Source of the DNA: Carcharhinus amblyrhynchos
Taxonomy: Eukaryota
Reading direction: 5' to 3'
Assembly: GCA_965287045.1 (NCBI GenBank)
Contig: OZ336884.1
Coordinates: 52,204,001-52,268,000, forward strand
DNA length: 64,000 nt
Part shown: piece by piece, positions 51,779-64,000 of the stretch
Layout: each line of letters starts with the position of its first letter
Position numbering within the stretch: position 1 is the stretch's first letter
Translations under genes and position numbers: made by a program
Notes under the pieces: generated by a model
What the model was told of the DNA's origin: nothing
The model's input: only the letters and a program-made list of their open reading frames with translations
The model's database searches: none

Positions 51779-53010
51779 AGAGCATAATAAATAGGAGCAG
51801 GAGTGGGCCATCTAGCCCCTCGAGCCTGCCCCGCCATTCAATAAGATCATGACTGATCTGGAAGTGGTTCAGTTCCACTTACTCACCTGCTCCCCATAAC
51901 CCTTAATCCCTTATTGATCAGAAATCTATCTACCTATGACTTAAACATGTTCAACGAGGTAGCCTCCACCGCTTCAATGGGCAGAGAATTCCAGAGATTC
52001 ACTACCCTCTGAGAGAAGAAGTTCCTCCTCAACTCTGTTCTAAACTGACTCCCCCTTATTTTGAGGCTGCGTCCTCTAGTTCTTGTTTCCTTTCTAAGTG
52101 GAAAGAATCTCTCTGCCTCTACCCTATTAACCCCTTCATTATCTTTATATGTCTCTATAAGATCACCCCACAGCCTTCTAAACTCCAACGAGTACAGGCC
52201 CAATCTACTCAATCTCTCCTCATAAGCTAACCCCCTCATCTCCAGTATCAACTTGGTGAACCTTCTCTGTACTCCCTCCAAGGCCAATATATCCTTTTGC
52301 AAATAAGGGGACCAAAATTTCTCACAGTACTCTAGTTGCGGCCTCACCAGCACCTTGTACAATTGCAGCAAGACCTCCCTGTTTTTATACTCCATCCCCC
52401 TCGCGGTAAAGGCCAACATTCCATTTGCCTTCTTGATCACCTGCTGCACCTGCAGACTGAGTTTTTGCGATTCATGCACAAGGACCCCCAGGTCCCTCTG
52501 CACAGTAGCATGTTGTAATTTTTCACCATTTAAATCATTGCCCATTTTACTATTATTCCTTCCAAAGTGGACAACCTCACACTTGCCAACGTTATACTCC
52601 ATCTGCCAGATCCTCACCCACTCACTCAGCCTATCTAAATCTCTCTGCAGATTTTCCGCGTCCTCCACACAATTTGCTTTCCCACTCATCATTGTGTCAT
52701 CAGCAAACTTTGCTACCGTACACTCGGTCCCCTCCTCCAGATCGTCTATGTATATGGTGAACAGTTGAGGCTCCAGCACCATCCCTGCAGCACGCCACTA
52801 GTCACCAACTGCCAACCAGAAAAGCACCCACTATTCCAACTCTCTGCTTCTTGTTAGAAAGCCAATCCTCAATCCACGCTAATACTTTACCCGCAACTCC
52901 ATGTACCTTAATCTTCTGCAGCAACCTTTTCTGAGGCACCTTATTGAAGGCCTTCTGGAAATCTAAAAAACACCACATCCACCGGTTCCCCTCTGTCAAC
53001 CGCACTCGTT
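51779..53010 (-). mobile_element. CR1 LINE (RT C-terminal half and 3' UTR) nested in an older CR1 (51683-51778 and 53013-53285)
   Basis: ORF 51934-52782 includes LFTIYIDDL...KFADDT...WQMEYNVGKCEVVHFG; 52802-53005 includes FLDFQKAFNKVP. The host 3' UTR is split at cctgcattt|...|gcccatatccctctaaaccc. Confidence 0.93.
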
Positions 53011-53439
53011 ACAGCCCATATCCCTCTAAACCCTTCCTGTCCATGTACCTATCCAAATGTCTTTTAAATGTTGGAATTGTACCTGGCTCTACCACTTCCT
53101 CTGGCAGCTCATTCCATATACACACGGCCCTCTGTATGGAAAGAGATGCCCCTCAGGTCCCTTCTAAATCTTTCCCCCCTCACCTTAAACCAATGCCCTA
53201 TAGTTTTGGACATCCCCACCCTGGGGAAGACCTTGACTATTCAGCTTATTGATGCCCCTCATGATTTTATGAACCACTATCAGGTCTGTACTTCCAGTAT
53301 AATCAGATTTAATTTGTCACAGATTATACTACTCGTTTTCGGATCTCACAGAATAAACAAACTGAATTTCAGAATATAATCCCAAAACATTCATAAAAAT
53401 GCTGAAATCCAACATAAGAAAACTGGAGTTAATCGGTCA

Positions 53440-53912
53440 ATTTTACGTTGTCACATCTCTGTCCTTGACCTGCTGCAATGCTCCAGTGAAGCCCAGCACA
53501 AGCTCGAGTAGCAGCATTTTACCTTTGGATTGGGAACATTTTATCCCTTGAGACTCAATGTTGAGTTAGGCAGCTTTAGATTGTGATCTTTCTCCTCCAT
53601 TTAAAAGCCCTTTTAAAATAAAATCCCATATATGTATTGCCTCAATGCAGCCCCCCTTCACCAGCCCCGCACCCCTGGCCACTCACCTCCTTCCACACCA
53701 GGCCATCCGTTTTTGTACTTAAAAGTTGCTACTTTCTGTTGCAATCTCTTACAGCTCTAACACGTTCTCCCTCCCTGCAATTCTCACGAAGAGCCAAAGG
53801 ACCCAAAACCTTAACTTTGCTTTTCTCTCCTTATAGATGCTGCCAGCCCAGCTGCATTTTTCCAGCATTAATATTCTTGTTTCAGATTCCAGCATCTGTA
53901 GTATTTTGCTTA
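53440..53912 (+). mobile_element. Penelope-like element 3' end with terminal repeat
   Basis: ctgctgcaatgctccagtgaagcccagcacaagctcgagtagcagcat (GIY-YIG ORF C-terminus-like), then a terminal repeat ending ccagcatctgtagtattttgctt. Confidence 0.7.
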
Positions 53913-55029
53913 ATTTAATATTAAGTGGTAGCCTTGGATATAGGCAGTTATTCATGGTTTTTCTTCAACTTTGTGTCATTTTTGAATTTCTATTTTTGGG
54001 GTGGGAGGGTGGTCACTGTTCACCTTTTTAGCAACTCTCTCTCGTTTCAATTTGGTGTTTTTGTGAGAGCCAGAGATAATTGAATCGGTGCACAATTTAA
54101 ACCTCAATTTTACTGCAAAAAGAGGCAGATACATCTAGGTAGACCTCCTTCAGTCAGAGGTTTAAGAAAATAAACCTATCTCCAATAAATGCCACACTTG
54201 ATTCAGAAATGTCTCTGCAGTGGCATGATTAATTTTGAGTAAATTCTCCAAGGTGGTAGTTGGAGAAAAGCAGAACGAGGCATAATTAAATTACCAGATT
54301 GTGTGTAAAAGTGGAGAGGCAGCTGTAGACTGTGAAAAGACTGATAGTGTTCAAAGTGCTTAAATGGAACATTAAAAAAATGGCAAGGGGAAAAATACAC
54401 AAAGCTGGTCTCATCATTTAGATCCTATTTCAGATCTTCTCCAAACCATGTGTCTTTTCTCTCCTGCAATAGTCTGAAGGTATGCTACAATCCTAATATT
54501 ATATATCTAATGATAACCTCCAACTTTAAACAGACACTGAAAGCAGACTACAAACTGAAGTTGATCTGAACAGAGTAAAATACAAATAATAAGGACTGTT
54601 AGAATGAGCTGGAACACACAGGATGACACAAGGCACACATGTACAGGAGCAACTGGTAATGGCAGAGGAAGAGGAATCTACCATCTCAGAAGCCTTGGCT
54701 GATAAGTTGGGATCTCAAGGGACCTAATTAAAAAGAATGCTTCCTCAGCATTAAGTGCTGGCACTATTGTCAGAGTTAATGCAAGCTCACGGGAAGCAGT
54801 TCACGGCTCGGATAGAGAGATTCATCAGTTGTGTGTACATGGTTTAGAAACATTACGATCCACCATGAAACTATCACAACTCCATATATTTCAGCATTGG
54901 AGCACCATTCCATTACTCCTCACTACCCCCACCCTCCCCAAACACCAAGCCCTCCACCTGCTCCCATCCAACTTCCCTGCACCAGGGCCTAATAGCAGCG
55001 AGTGTTCTATCTCCCTAGAATATCAGATA

Positions 55030-55270
55030 GTTGCCACCAAATAGGAGTCGCTTGCATTTATATAGTGCCTATAATGTGGTAAAATATTCCAAGTGATGTT
55101 CAAATAGCACTGCATACCAAGCCCCAGAAGGAAATTTCAGGTTAGGTGACCAAAACTTTGGTCAATGTGGAAGGTTTTAAGAGAGTCTTAAAGGAGGAAA
55201 GAGACAGGCAGAGAGGTGGAGAGAATTCCAGAACTTAGGGTCTTGATAGCAGAAAGTTTGCTGCCAATTG
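55030..55270 (-). mobile_element. L2 LINE 3' end
   Basis: cttgcatttatatagtgcct ... ggtgaccaaaactttggtcaa ... gagagaattccagaacttaggg. Confidence 0.65.
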
Positions 55271-57767
55271 TGAGGAAATGGAAGTTGCATATATAACATT
55301 AGGAGCAATGCTACACAATCCACTGACCAAAATTAAGCAGCGCTCAGCAGCATAACATACTGGAACAGGTACAGGTGATGATATTGGAGAGGGATTTTCC
55401 GCTCCCATTTTTGTATCGAACGGATTCCCGAAAAGGCTTTTACACTGGTAGAATTTCCCTGATTAACTGTCTCCGCTCATCCTCGCCAATAACATAATGG
55501 AAATTCTGACATTCATTAGCCTCAATCTAAATATCACTACCATAACTTTACTCCTCGTAGTCTCCCCATGTTAAACTATCCATGGGGCAGTGCCAGGGGC
55601 TGGGTTCCATGGCGATGGTGGTGGTGTGGTTGCGGAGCTCTGCCGGGGGGTGAGTTCTGTGGGTGGGGGGGACAGGGAGTTCCATGGCTGCTGGAGGTAT
55701 TCAATTTTTATTCATTTTTATTGGGCTTCCCAATTGATTAAAAACCTAAGTTGCTGGCAGGGCAGGCTGCCACCTGTCTTCTACATGCCTTCAGGCTGTC
55801 TTCTGCTGAAGTCTGCCCAATTGTTCCCTCAAGTCATGTGATCCTCTACTGCTGTGTTGTCCTTAAAGGGTCAATCGCCACAATAATAATGATGGGATTA
55901 AACTCTTTATGCTGGCGCTTACTGTAGTTTTGGGAAACGCTTGCATCTATCTGGGTAAAACAGTTTAGTTCTTTGTTCGTAGTGTGTGCTGGATTGCTAT
56001 TGTAGGTTAAAACATTATCTACAGCGCACTACATGGATTTCAAAGTGAAACTAGGGCAACTGGAGTTTTATATATATAGCTGCAAGTTAAATACTTCTCC
56101 AACAGTGTCACTGTTTTATGTCACCAGGTTATTTTACTTGAGTGTAATTGTTCGTGTGATACATTAAATTATGGATAGTTGGCAGCATTATGAATGTAAT
56201 TTCTTCTGATTCTGATGACATCATAAGCTGTGAAAGCTAAGCACAAGTGATTTATGATTGCCATCTGAACCCTGAGATTAAATTACAACTCCTCCTCATT
56301 TATCATTTAGAATTGTTTCACAAAATCTATTGTAGCCTCAGGAAAATGAAGATGGTGTTGAAATCATACTGTGCACTGTGAAGTTCAATGGCATTGCTAC
56401 CACCATGATAGGAAGGAAAGATATTTGTTCTAATCGCTGTGCAGTGCCACAGGAAGCCCTCTCGTAGATCATTCAAGCAGCCACTTGTCCAAATACTGAA
56501 CATTGGTAGCTACACAGTCATGGTAAGCATCACAGATGCTGTCCTCATCTAATGACCTCAGTTGTACCTTCCATCAGGCTACCACTGGAAAATAATTAGA
56601 AGCAGGAACCATGGTTTGTTTTCCTAACGCCTACCATGCTGCTGATCTTTGTGATTCAGGACCACACTAGTGTATTTGCCTATTGAGGCATCAATAGTGC
56701 AGTGTTGTAGTCCTCAAGTAGAATTAGGTAATAGTTTAAAGCTTAATGGTAAAGTAGTTCCATCTCAGTCTCAATGTTAATATATGTCTAGTCATTTTCA
56801 CAGTAAGCTTCCTAAAAGGCAGGAAGTGACAGCAAAAGATTTGTTGGAATAATAATATCCATTGTTCCTTTATGAAGCATGACTTGCTGTCCCAAATACT
56901 ACAGTTTTGCATTTAAAAGTCCAGAATGCAGTGAAATTACCAGCTGCTGAAAATAACAAGACAGGGGAGATTTTAAAGAAAACAATATTGATTGAAGAGA
57001 GAACCAGAGTCTAAACCAGATAGAAAGCACAATGAAGGGTTTCAGATTTCACTTCATAAAGTAAATCCTTATCATTGTCCTCTAATGCTTCTTTATTGCC
57101 TATAAATCTCATGAGGCCTATTACATATTTTGTTTTGCTCATCACATAATTTTTGGGCTTTAGAAGTTGGCAGCACCATGATTGTAACATTTGGGCTATC
57201 AGCTAAATCCTCTTGTATAATGTTGTGTTTTGTTTAGTTGACGGAAGTTTCATCTTGCTTTCTGCATCATGAAGAGTCTTATTTCCCCATGGAAAGTAAA
57301 GCCAATCACCCGAACTTAATTTCTTGGCAACCCAAGACCATGTATTTATTTACCTTAAAAATTGTCTGAAATCATCACAACCATTCCTTTTTATTCAGAG
57401 GCACTGAATTGAAGGCATGAGCTGCTTGAACTTTCCAAAGGAGTACTTAATGGCATCAAGTGAAATTCCCCAGTGTGGCATTTCAGCACAGCCATTAACC
57501 CCTGCACTATAGTAATTTCACATGAATATCTTAGTCAGTATACTACCAGAAATAATTAAGCTTCATTAGCTGAGATTACTCTGTGTAGCAGAGGTTTCAA
57601 GCCATTAGTAGAGGAAAAAAACTTCAGCTGGAACTAAGCATTTGTACATTGTCATCCCATAATGTTGTTTCAAGGCCATAGTTCCCCACCACGAATACCC
57701 CCACCCACCTAGTAACTAGATCATGAAAATGGGCAATTATTAAAACTAGTCAGAAGCAGGAACTTAC

Positions 57768-57940
57768 ATTTGTCGATCAGTGCACATCTTGTTCACATTT
57801 TCCCATTCAGCATCAAGCTGAGCCACTGCATCCTGTATTTGCTCTCCGTCTGTATATGAGACACTCCGCAGAACACTGGGTTTCTTGCTGTGAACTGCTT
57901 CTACTCGGCCCGAGAGCGTCTCCAAGTTCCTTTTTATTTT
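57768..57940 (-). CDS. DMD: Dystrophin coding exon, ortholog of human DMD exon 43 (spectrin-repeat rod domain)
   Basis: Translates KIKRNLETLSGRVEAVHSKKPSVLRSVSYTDGEQIQDAVAQLDAEWENVNKMCTDRQ, matching human exon 43 (NIKDSLQQSSGRIDIIHSKK...QLDFQWEKVNKMYKDRQG). Acceptor ttttctgaactccag|AAA, donor CAAAT|gtaagt. Length 173 nt, phases 0/2, as in human. Confidence 0.93.
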
Positions 57941-58284
57941 CTGGAGTTCAGAAAAGATATAAAATAGGATTGACTGTTTTAGCTGTGCAAGGTAAACAAA
58001 TATCAACAAAAATGTATCTGCTGATTGATGGGGTTTACAAATATTAGGGGGATTCAAATCTTGATTTACAAAAGATATGAAAAACATCCGCAGAATGATT
58101 TTTACTTAAGTGAGTTCAGTCCATCAGCAACTCTTTGTAAAGTAGAACCATTCCCATGTTATGAATAAAACAAGATTATCTTTTGAGAATGCAGTACTAG
58201 TTCTTTATCACTATCAGAAACTGACCTTTACCCATCCAGAAAAGGGCAGCAGTCCTACACAGACTAAAAGTTCAGAATCTAGGA

Positions 58285-58566
58285 CAGACGTTCCCAAACC
58301 ATGGGTCGCGGATGATCACTCGTGGTCACAATCTCTGAGATAGTAGTGGGGAGACTCTGGAGGGACAGTCCTGGGATTGGTGTCGAGACTCCATTACACG
58401 TGCAAGACAATTTGTAGGTGAAGGCCAGACCAGAGTCTTCAAAACAATTGTGAACAAAACCATTGCCCCACTCTACAGCTTGACAGTTCTCCTCCCACTC
58501 TCACTCTCTCTGGATTACATCAATTTTTAAGCATTACAATGGGATCACTGTGGTTGAGAAGCACTG
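58285..58566. mobile_element. hAT (Charlie-like) MITE
   Basis: Terminal inverted repeats cagacgttcccaaacca / tggttgagaagcactg; imperfect 8-bp TSD atctagga / ctctaaga. Confidence 0.65.
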
Positions 58567-59345
58567 CTCTAAGAAGGAGTGTTATCCAAAACCATCATTA
58601 TGGCTAAGAATTAGTTTGTTTCTCGCACATACAATTTATCTCTAACCCAGATTAATTCCTAGAAACTATAAAACAAAAACAGTATTCTCCATCTGACAAC
58701 AGAATCTTTCAATAAATCTTTCCTGATACATTTTTCTTCTGAATGTCATGCGTATTTAAAAAGAAATTAAGTCAATTGGGATCATGGATATATTTTCCTC
58801 TAAATTCAGCACTGAAAGGAATCAATAAATTGTGGATTCAAGTTGCAGATATGTTTGGTCATTTGTAAAAACAATTCAACCAAGAACAGGTGAAAATCTG
58901 AGTGGCCTGATAATATATTGTATGGGCTTCAAAATCTCACTGGTTTAAAATTTCTGGAATGGGAACTAAGGCCAGGATTTTACAGATTGTGGGCAGTTGT
59001 GTACCTGACCCAGAAGAACCCAAAATCACACAAGGAGGACCAGGCACACATCCTGGTGTCATTGTGCACTCTCACGATATTTTGGTTAGTGGGCAAAAGT
59101 GAGTCAGTTGTGTGCCTGCCGATTATTAAGCTGCCAGCTTAATAAATTAAGTTTTATTGAAAGATTCTGTTGCCAGGTAGAGTAAGCTGTTTTTGTTTTA
59201 TAGTTTGTAGGAATTAATCTGAGGTAGGGATAAATTAGGAGTTCAACTAACTTGAATTTTACATTGCTGGTGCCATATTTAGGTTGATGCACAGGCAACA
59301 CAGATTTGTTATCCAAGGACACAATGACTGGAGGGTGGAGCAAAG

Positions 59346-59571
59346 ATGTGGAGATGCCGGAGTTAGAACGGGGTAAACACAGTAGGAAGTCTCACAGCAT
59401 CAGGTTAAAGTCCAACAGATTCATTTGGAAGCAAAAGCTTTAGGAGTGCTCGCTGCTCCTTCGTCAGGCAAGTGGGATTTCACTCAAATCCCACTCACCT
59501 GATGAAGGAGCAATGAGTGCTCTGAAAGCTAGTGGCTTTTGCTACCAAATAAACCTGTTGGACTTTAATCT
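59346..59571. mobile_element. Penelope terminal-repeat fold-back with two hammerhead-ribozyme cores
   Basis: Inverted arms ~59401-59480 and 59486-59572; CTGATGA..GAAA on plus; CTGACGA..TAAA on minus; 13-bp TSD gggtggagcaaag at 59333-59345 and 59572-59584. Confidence 0.85.
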
Positions 59572-59639
59572 GGGTGGAGCAAAGGCAGGGTGAGTTAGTA
59601 AAAGTTACTGAGAGCCTGGTGTGGGGTTAAAATAGAGAT

Positions 59640-61013
59640 TTGCGACCATTCTCACTGCTTTCTTGTAATGTCTTTGCACATTTTCTGGGCTTTTTAGGAC
59701 TCTTTAGTCATTCTGAGAATTTGAATCCATTGGCACCTTCAGTGCACCAGTCAAGCCCATTAGCACCTCAGCAGATCGGTACTGTTTACTCAGCAGGGGC
59801 ACCTCCTCTGAGGAGGAAGAGAGGGACTGGAGGGAAAGGGGGCCAGGTGGACATACATTGCCTCAGGGATGGACATTTGGGAGACGAAGTGCGGGCACAG
59901 AGGGTGTAGGGAGAGCAAGGACGATGAACACACAGATGACACCACTATCAGCTGTCAGGCAGCAACCCAACACCTCAACATGACAGAGACTTAGGGATGA
60001 TGTCAACCTACTACTTTTTTGACGGGTTCGGTCAGCAGACGCGTGCGTGCACCGATCCACGTTTCACACCTCCAGAAATCAGGCTCATTCAGGACCATGC
60101 AGGAAACTTGCGAGAACACCATGTAAGTCATTTTAATCTAATTTTAATGTTATTTGCATGCGATTATTGGGCCCAGGACTGAATTCTCCTGGCCCAATAG
60201 CATCTCCCACTCTGCCAGTGCAATTTCAGTCCAGTGGGGATCAGACTAGCTCCCCACTTTCAGGAAACCAGCGGGAGACCCCGATGGATTGAAGGGGGAA
60301 TATCGGGGCTGCTCAAGGTGTTGGGCTGTGGAGGAGTGGTGCTTCCTGTGCATGGGCACTCTGGCAGTGCCAGCCTGTGGCCCTGAAACTGCCCAAAGGG
60401 CAAAGTGTCCACGCCCAGGGGTACCTTGGCACTGCCCATTGGGCATTGAGCCAAGAGGGTGGGGCCTATTGGGGCAGGGCCTAAGGTTGATGGGCAGGGG
60501 TGGGGGTCCCGCTGCCACTCTGCCATTTGGATCCAGTTGGGAATGGAGGGAGGCCAGCGATCAGGGTGGGCAGGGGGAGGGGGGTGGGTCTGCCTCCCTT
60601 GCAGGGAGAGGGGTGGGGGGGCGAAGAGGGAGGAAAGTGGGGTGGTGGGGCTGAAGATTGGATTGCTCTGGAATGGAGGGTGGGTCTGGGCTGGCCTGGG
60701 AATGCTTGTGGGGGCCGCGTTTGTTGGGAGGGGCAGCACTGCAGGGGTTCGGCTGGCCAGTAATTGAGCTGGTCAGCAGATGGGAGACTGACATCAGGGC
60801 CACTGTACATGCGCAGAGTTCCAGAACTGTCAGACTTTGGCATGAATTGGCCCCACCCCACTTAAGCTTTTAATGATATTCATGACTGTGACCTCTCCTG
60901 TGCACAAAGTGTAGGAGATTTAGGTCTGAACTCCCATTGAGAAAAACACAATTGTGATTTACGCCATTTTTCCCGTGAATTCAGCACTTCGAATTTTTTT
61001 GGGAGAATTGCCC
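59640..61013. mobile_element. GC-rich non-autonomous DNA element(s), probably Harbinger-derived
   Basis: Right terminus ttcagcacttcgaatttttttgggagaattgcccc resembles 46725-46763; internal sequence resembles 43800-44130 in reverse orientation. Confidence 0.55.
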
Positions 61014-61097
61014 CATCAGTGCCACAGAAAAGTTTGGCTCTCAAGGGAAACCGTCACTTTGTTTTTCCACATGATTGGGCTGGAGATGATAGCAATA

Positions 61098-61436
61098 TCA
61101 TAGAAATCCTACAGTGCAGAAGGAGGCCATTCAGTCCATCGAGTCTGCACCAACCAAAAACCCACTCAGGCCCTACCCCCATATCCCTACATATTTATCT
61201 GCTAATCCCTCTAACCTACCCATCTCACGACACGAAGGGGCAATTTTTAGCATGACCAATCAACCTAACCTGCATATCTTTGGATGTGGGAGAAGACCGG
61301 AGCACCCGGAGGAAACCCAAACAGACATGAGGATAATGTGCAAATTCCACACAGACAGTGACCCAAGCTGGGAATCAAACCCAGGTCCCTGGAGCTGTGA
61401 AGCAGTACTGTTACCACTGTGCTACTGTGCCGCCCA
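61098..61436 (-). mobile_element. HE1-type V-SINE, full length
   Basis: tcatagaaatcctacagtgcagaaggaggccattc ... accactgtgctactgtgccgccc. Confidence 0.9.
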
Positions 61437-61444
61437 CATGATGG

Positions 61445-64000
61445 ACACACACTGTCTCTAGTTTTGAAAGCCAAGGTAGCCCTTAACCTTTGTGCCTTTG
61501 GATATTTTCAGAGGCCATTCGGTGATCTGTCAGGCTACTTTACCTGACTGACACCGTTCAGGCAGGTAAAGACCTACATCCATTCCAGGACAGCCTACAC
61601 CAGCCAGGCTGCATTAGCCAATGACTTCGTAGCTATTGCAAGGTTGCCCTGCAACCAGGATGCCGTTGATTATTCCCACATGGCCATCAATGGATATCAC
61701 AGCATGAATGTGGAGATAGTGTCACAAGACCAAAACACTGCAAGTTAGTGCGAGGTACCCTGGCAGCTCCCAAGGTGCCACTCACGTGCCAAGGCTGTTC
61801 GTGGCTCCAGTTTGTCTCAATGGAGTGATAAGCGGTTTGGTTTGAAAAGGTGGATCATGACACTTACCTGCAGCCAAAGGCAGAAGACAACAGATGCCAT
61901 CATTGTCATGCCCCCACAAGATTGGTGGTGGAGAGGACAGTGCGTCTCCTTAAAATGAGGCTCTGTGCCTGGACCGCTCCAAGGGGCCTTGCAATAACCA
62001 CCAGAGAGCATGTAGCTTATAGTCATTGTGTGTTGTGCTCTGCATAACCCAGCTATTGCAAGGGAGGGAAACACTGGACCAAATGGACACCTAAACAAGT
62101 GCACATGCCTCAGAGGAGAAATCCAATGATGACTCGGCTGGGGAGCCTGGGCAATCAGAGGGATGCAGCATTGCTGAACCCGCAGGGGGGTGCTGGATCA
62201 CAGGAAGGCATGCATTCATTGTGTCACATTCATTGTTAACCAGGGGCGCCACTTTGTTCACACAACTCAGAGATGTCAATGCCCAAAGCACAATGTCATC
62301 TCAGGACCTCTCTAATGAATGTTGTTGTCTCTACATTCCATCGTCATGGTCTGATAAGGCCAGCAGCACTAAGAACAAACATCAGGACCACTCAGGTCAA
62401 AGCTACACTTTTTTTTATCTGCTCGACAGAGTACAAGACAACAAATAGAAAATAACATGTTTGGCCAAGTAACAGACACAAAATGATACTTCGATGAAAG
62501 AAAGAAAAAACACCTGTAAAAACCCAGCCTATGCCTAAGGTTCCTTAACCTTACACTTGCAAGTGCTACATCTTGGTACTCCCCACTTGCTGGCTTCAGG
62601 CAGATTGCTGACTGCTGTCACACTGGCCCTGATGGCCATGGTGGTCGTCCTCTTGCCCATGGTGTCTGCGCAGCAACATGGCTGGACACTCCTCAGTTGG
62701 TGCGGACTCAGGTGATGCCTCATTACTGGCAGAGGGCAATGGAGCTGCCACCATCTTGAGCAGCACTCTGACAGGAATCCACAATGGCAACAGACAGCTC
62801 ATCTGCCAGTGTGAGTGCCTGCATCTCCCTGTTTACCAATGACTGATGTGCACCAAGTGCAGAGACCAGGTGCCTGATCCATCTCTCACATTGACAGTGG
62901 CCTCCTGAGGTCATTGCCTGGATGAAGGCTTGTCGATCCGAGAGCAATCTCAGGAATCCCTGATTCTGCTCTTGGAGTAGCTGTTCAGTGAGAGACGCCA
63001 CTCTCTCAAAGGAGTGATTGTGATGTACCCACACTACAGTGCACTCTCAACTGAGATAACATGCTGTAGTAACCAAAGTGATGGTGCTTGGTACTGAGTG
63101 TGAATGTGATGCTGGTGTATCCCTCAGAAGCTTGTGTATAGGCGTGGAGGGGTGAGGGGGTGCTTTCAGCCTCGGCTGATGCTTCTGTGGATACAAAGAA
63201 AATGTCACTAACATCCTTAGTAAATATCTGCCTTAGCACAGTAGTGCCTTTCCTCAACAGTCACGTGCCTCAATTAGCTTTCACTGTAACCAATTCACGC
63301 ATTCTCAGAATCTGATCTTCTTCATGGTGATAGAACAACTTGGCCCTTCCCGCACATTCGCCCACTCTCTCCACTGTCCACTGAATTCTTACTATCCTCC
63401 GGCACCACTGCCTCACTAACTGAGGACCATGCTCCATGATTGTCCTCGAGGTCCAGGTCATCCATCTTAAATTAGGTGATTATGGTGGGTTTAGGCACTC
63501 CACTGCCCATATGCATGTGCTCCCACACAGAATGGCTTCACTTTTCCTGACATGAACAAGTATTTCAATTAGTGAAACCTTCTCTGGTGACATCATTTCA
63601 ACCGCATGAATCTCCCACCTGAATGCCCAGCCTTAAGTGCCTGTCAGACTGATTTGTCACCCTTCCGTTCACTAAAGGTGCAAGGCCCTATCTCCCACCC
63701 ATGGTATTCACATGGTGAAACCTCCTTTGGCACTATGTATCTCTAATCCCTGAATACACTGACTGATATCCACCCTCCAATCCTTCCATATTACCACATG
63801 CCAAGTTGGTACTCACCCTTGCGGACTGCAGAAGATCATTGAAGGGATTCCGTCAGGCGCACAGTACCACATTATGCTCACTCTCCGGTGCTGCCATTCC
63901 ACTCCATGCCCTCTGGGTCTGGTGGGAGGCCTCCTCCTGCCATTCTATCTCATTGGTACATTATGCTAGACACCCATGGCCTGCATCAGTCTCACAGGCT
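61445..64000. mobile_element. PIF/Harbinger transposon relic: HARBI1-like transposase on plus (~61445-62120), probable Myb/SANT partner remnant on minus (~62530-64000)
   Basis: ALNLCAFGYFQ, INGYHSMNVEIV (61686), VSARYPGSS (61744), HAPTRLVVERTVRLLKMR (ORF 61850-62047); disrupted. The partner-gene assignment is inferred from the usual convergent arrangement. Confidence 0.72.

Larger units (their letters stand above)
29227..57767 (-). other. DMD: DMD intron 43 (28,541 nt, GT-AG)
   Basis: Bounded by the exon-43 donor and exon-44 acceptor; reading frame is continuous across the splice. Confidence 0.88.
57941..64000 (-). other. DMD: 3' part of DMD intron 42
   Basis: Upstream of the exon-43 acceptor; no further dystrophin-like exon seen. 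Confidence 0.75.

Noticed and set aside
51934-52782. 282-aa ORF as a host gene (also 38032-38706 and 42365-42943)
   Set aside because: These are CR1 ORF2 fragments lacking the endonuclease and most or all of the RT N-terminus.
57768-57940. Utrophin instead of dystrophin
   Set aside because: SGR, HSKK, WE.VNKM and DRQ here, and RFDR.VEKWR in the next exon, fit dystrophin better than the utrophin sequence as I recall it; not tested phylogenetically.
60246-60873. Overlapping Pro/Gly-rich ORFs on both strands
   Set aside because: By-product of GC-rich low-complexity transposon sequence; no domain or splice support.
1-64000. CRISPR arrays, operons or other prokaryotic systems
   Set aside because: The sequence is a vertebrate intron-exon region; no regularly spaced repeat-spacer array or dense coding was seen.

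Overview
Eukaryotic, AT-rich, repeat-dense genomic DNA. The SINE/LINE families (HE1-type V-SINEs, CR1, Deu-SINE, Penelope) point to a cartilaginous fish, probably a shark. The whole window lies inside the dystrophin (DMD) gene on the minus strand. Two coding exons are present: the exon-43 ortholog (57768-57940, 173 nt) and the exon-44 ortholog (29076-29226, 151 nt). They are separated by a 28.5-kb intron, with part of intron 42 to the right and more than 29 kb of intron 44 to the left. The other listed ORFs are transposon-derived or spurious. The most unusual object is a ~236-bp retroposed element at 49611-49846 with a U2 snRNA-derived head, a second internal U2 5' piece, a 3' stem-loop, an A tail and a 10-bp target-site duplication (TSD); it is a candidate snRNA-headed (SINEU-like) SINE. 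Other notable items are a GalEa/Copia-like LTR relic, a Penelope fold-back carrying two hammerhead ribozyme cores, a 267-bp inverted duplication, young CR1 copies and a candidate recursive splice site. All family assignments were made by eye from remembered consensus sequences, and repeat boundaries are approximate.
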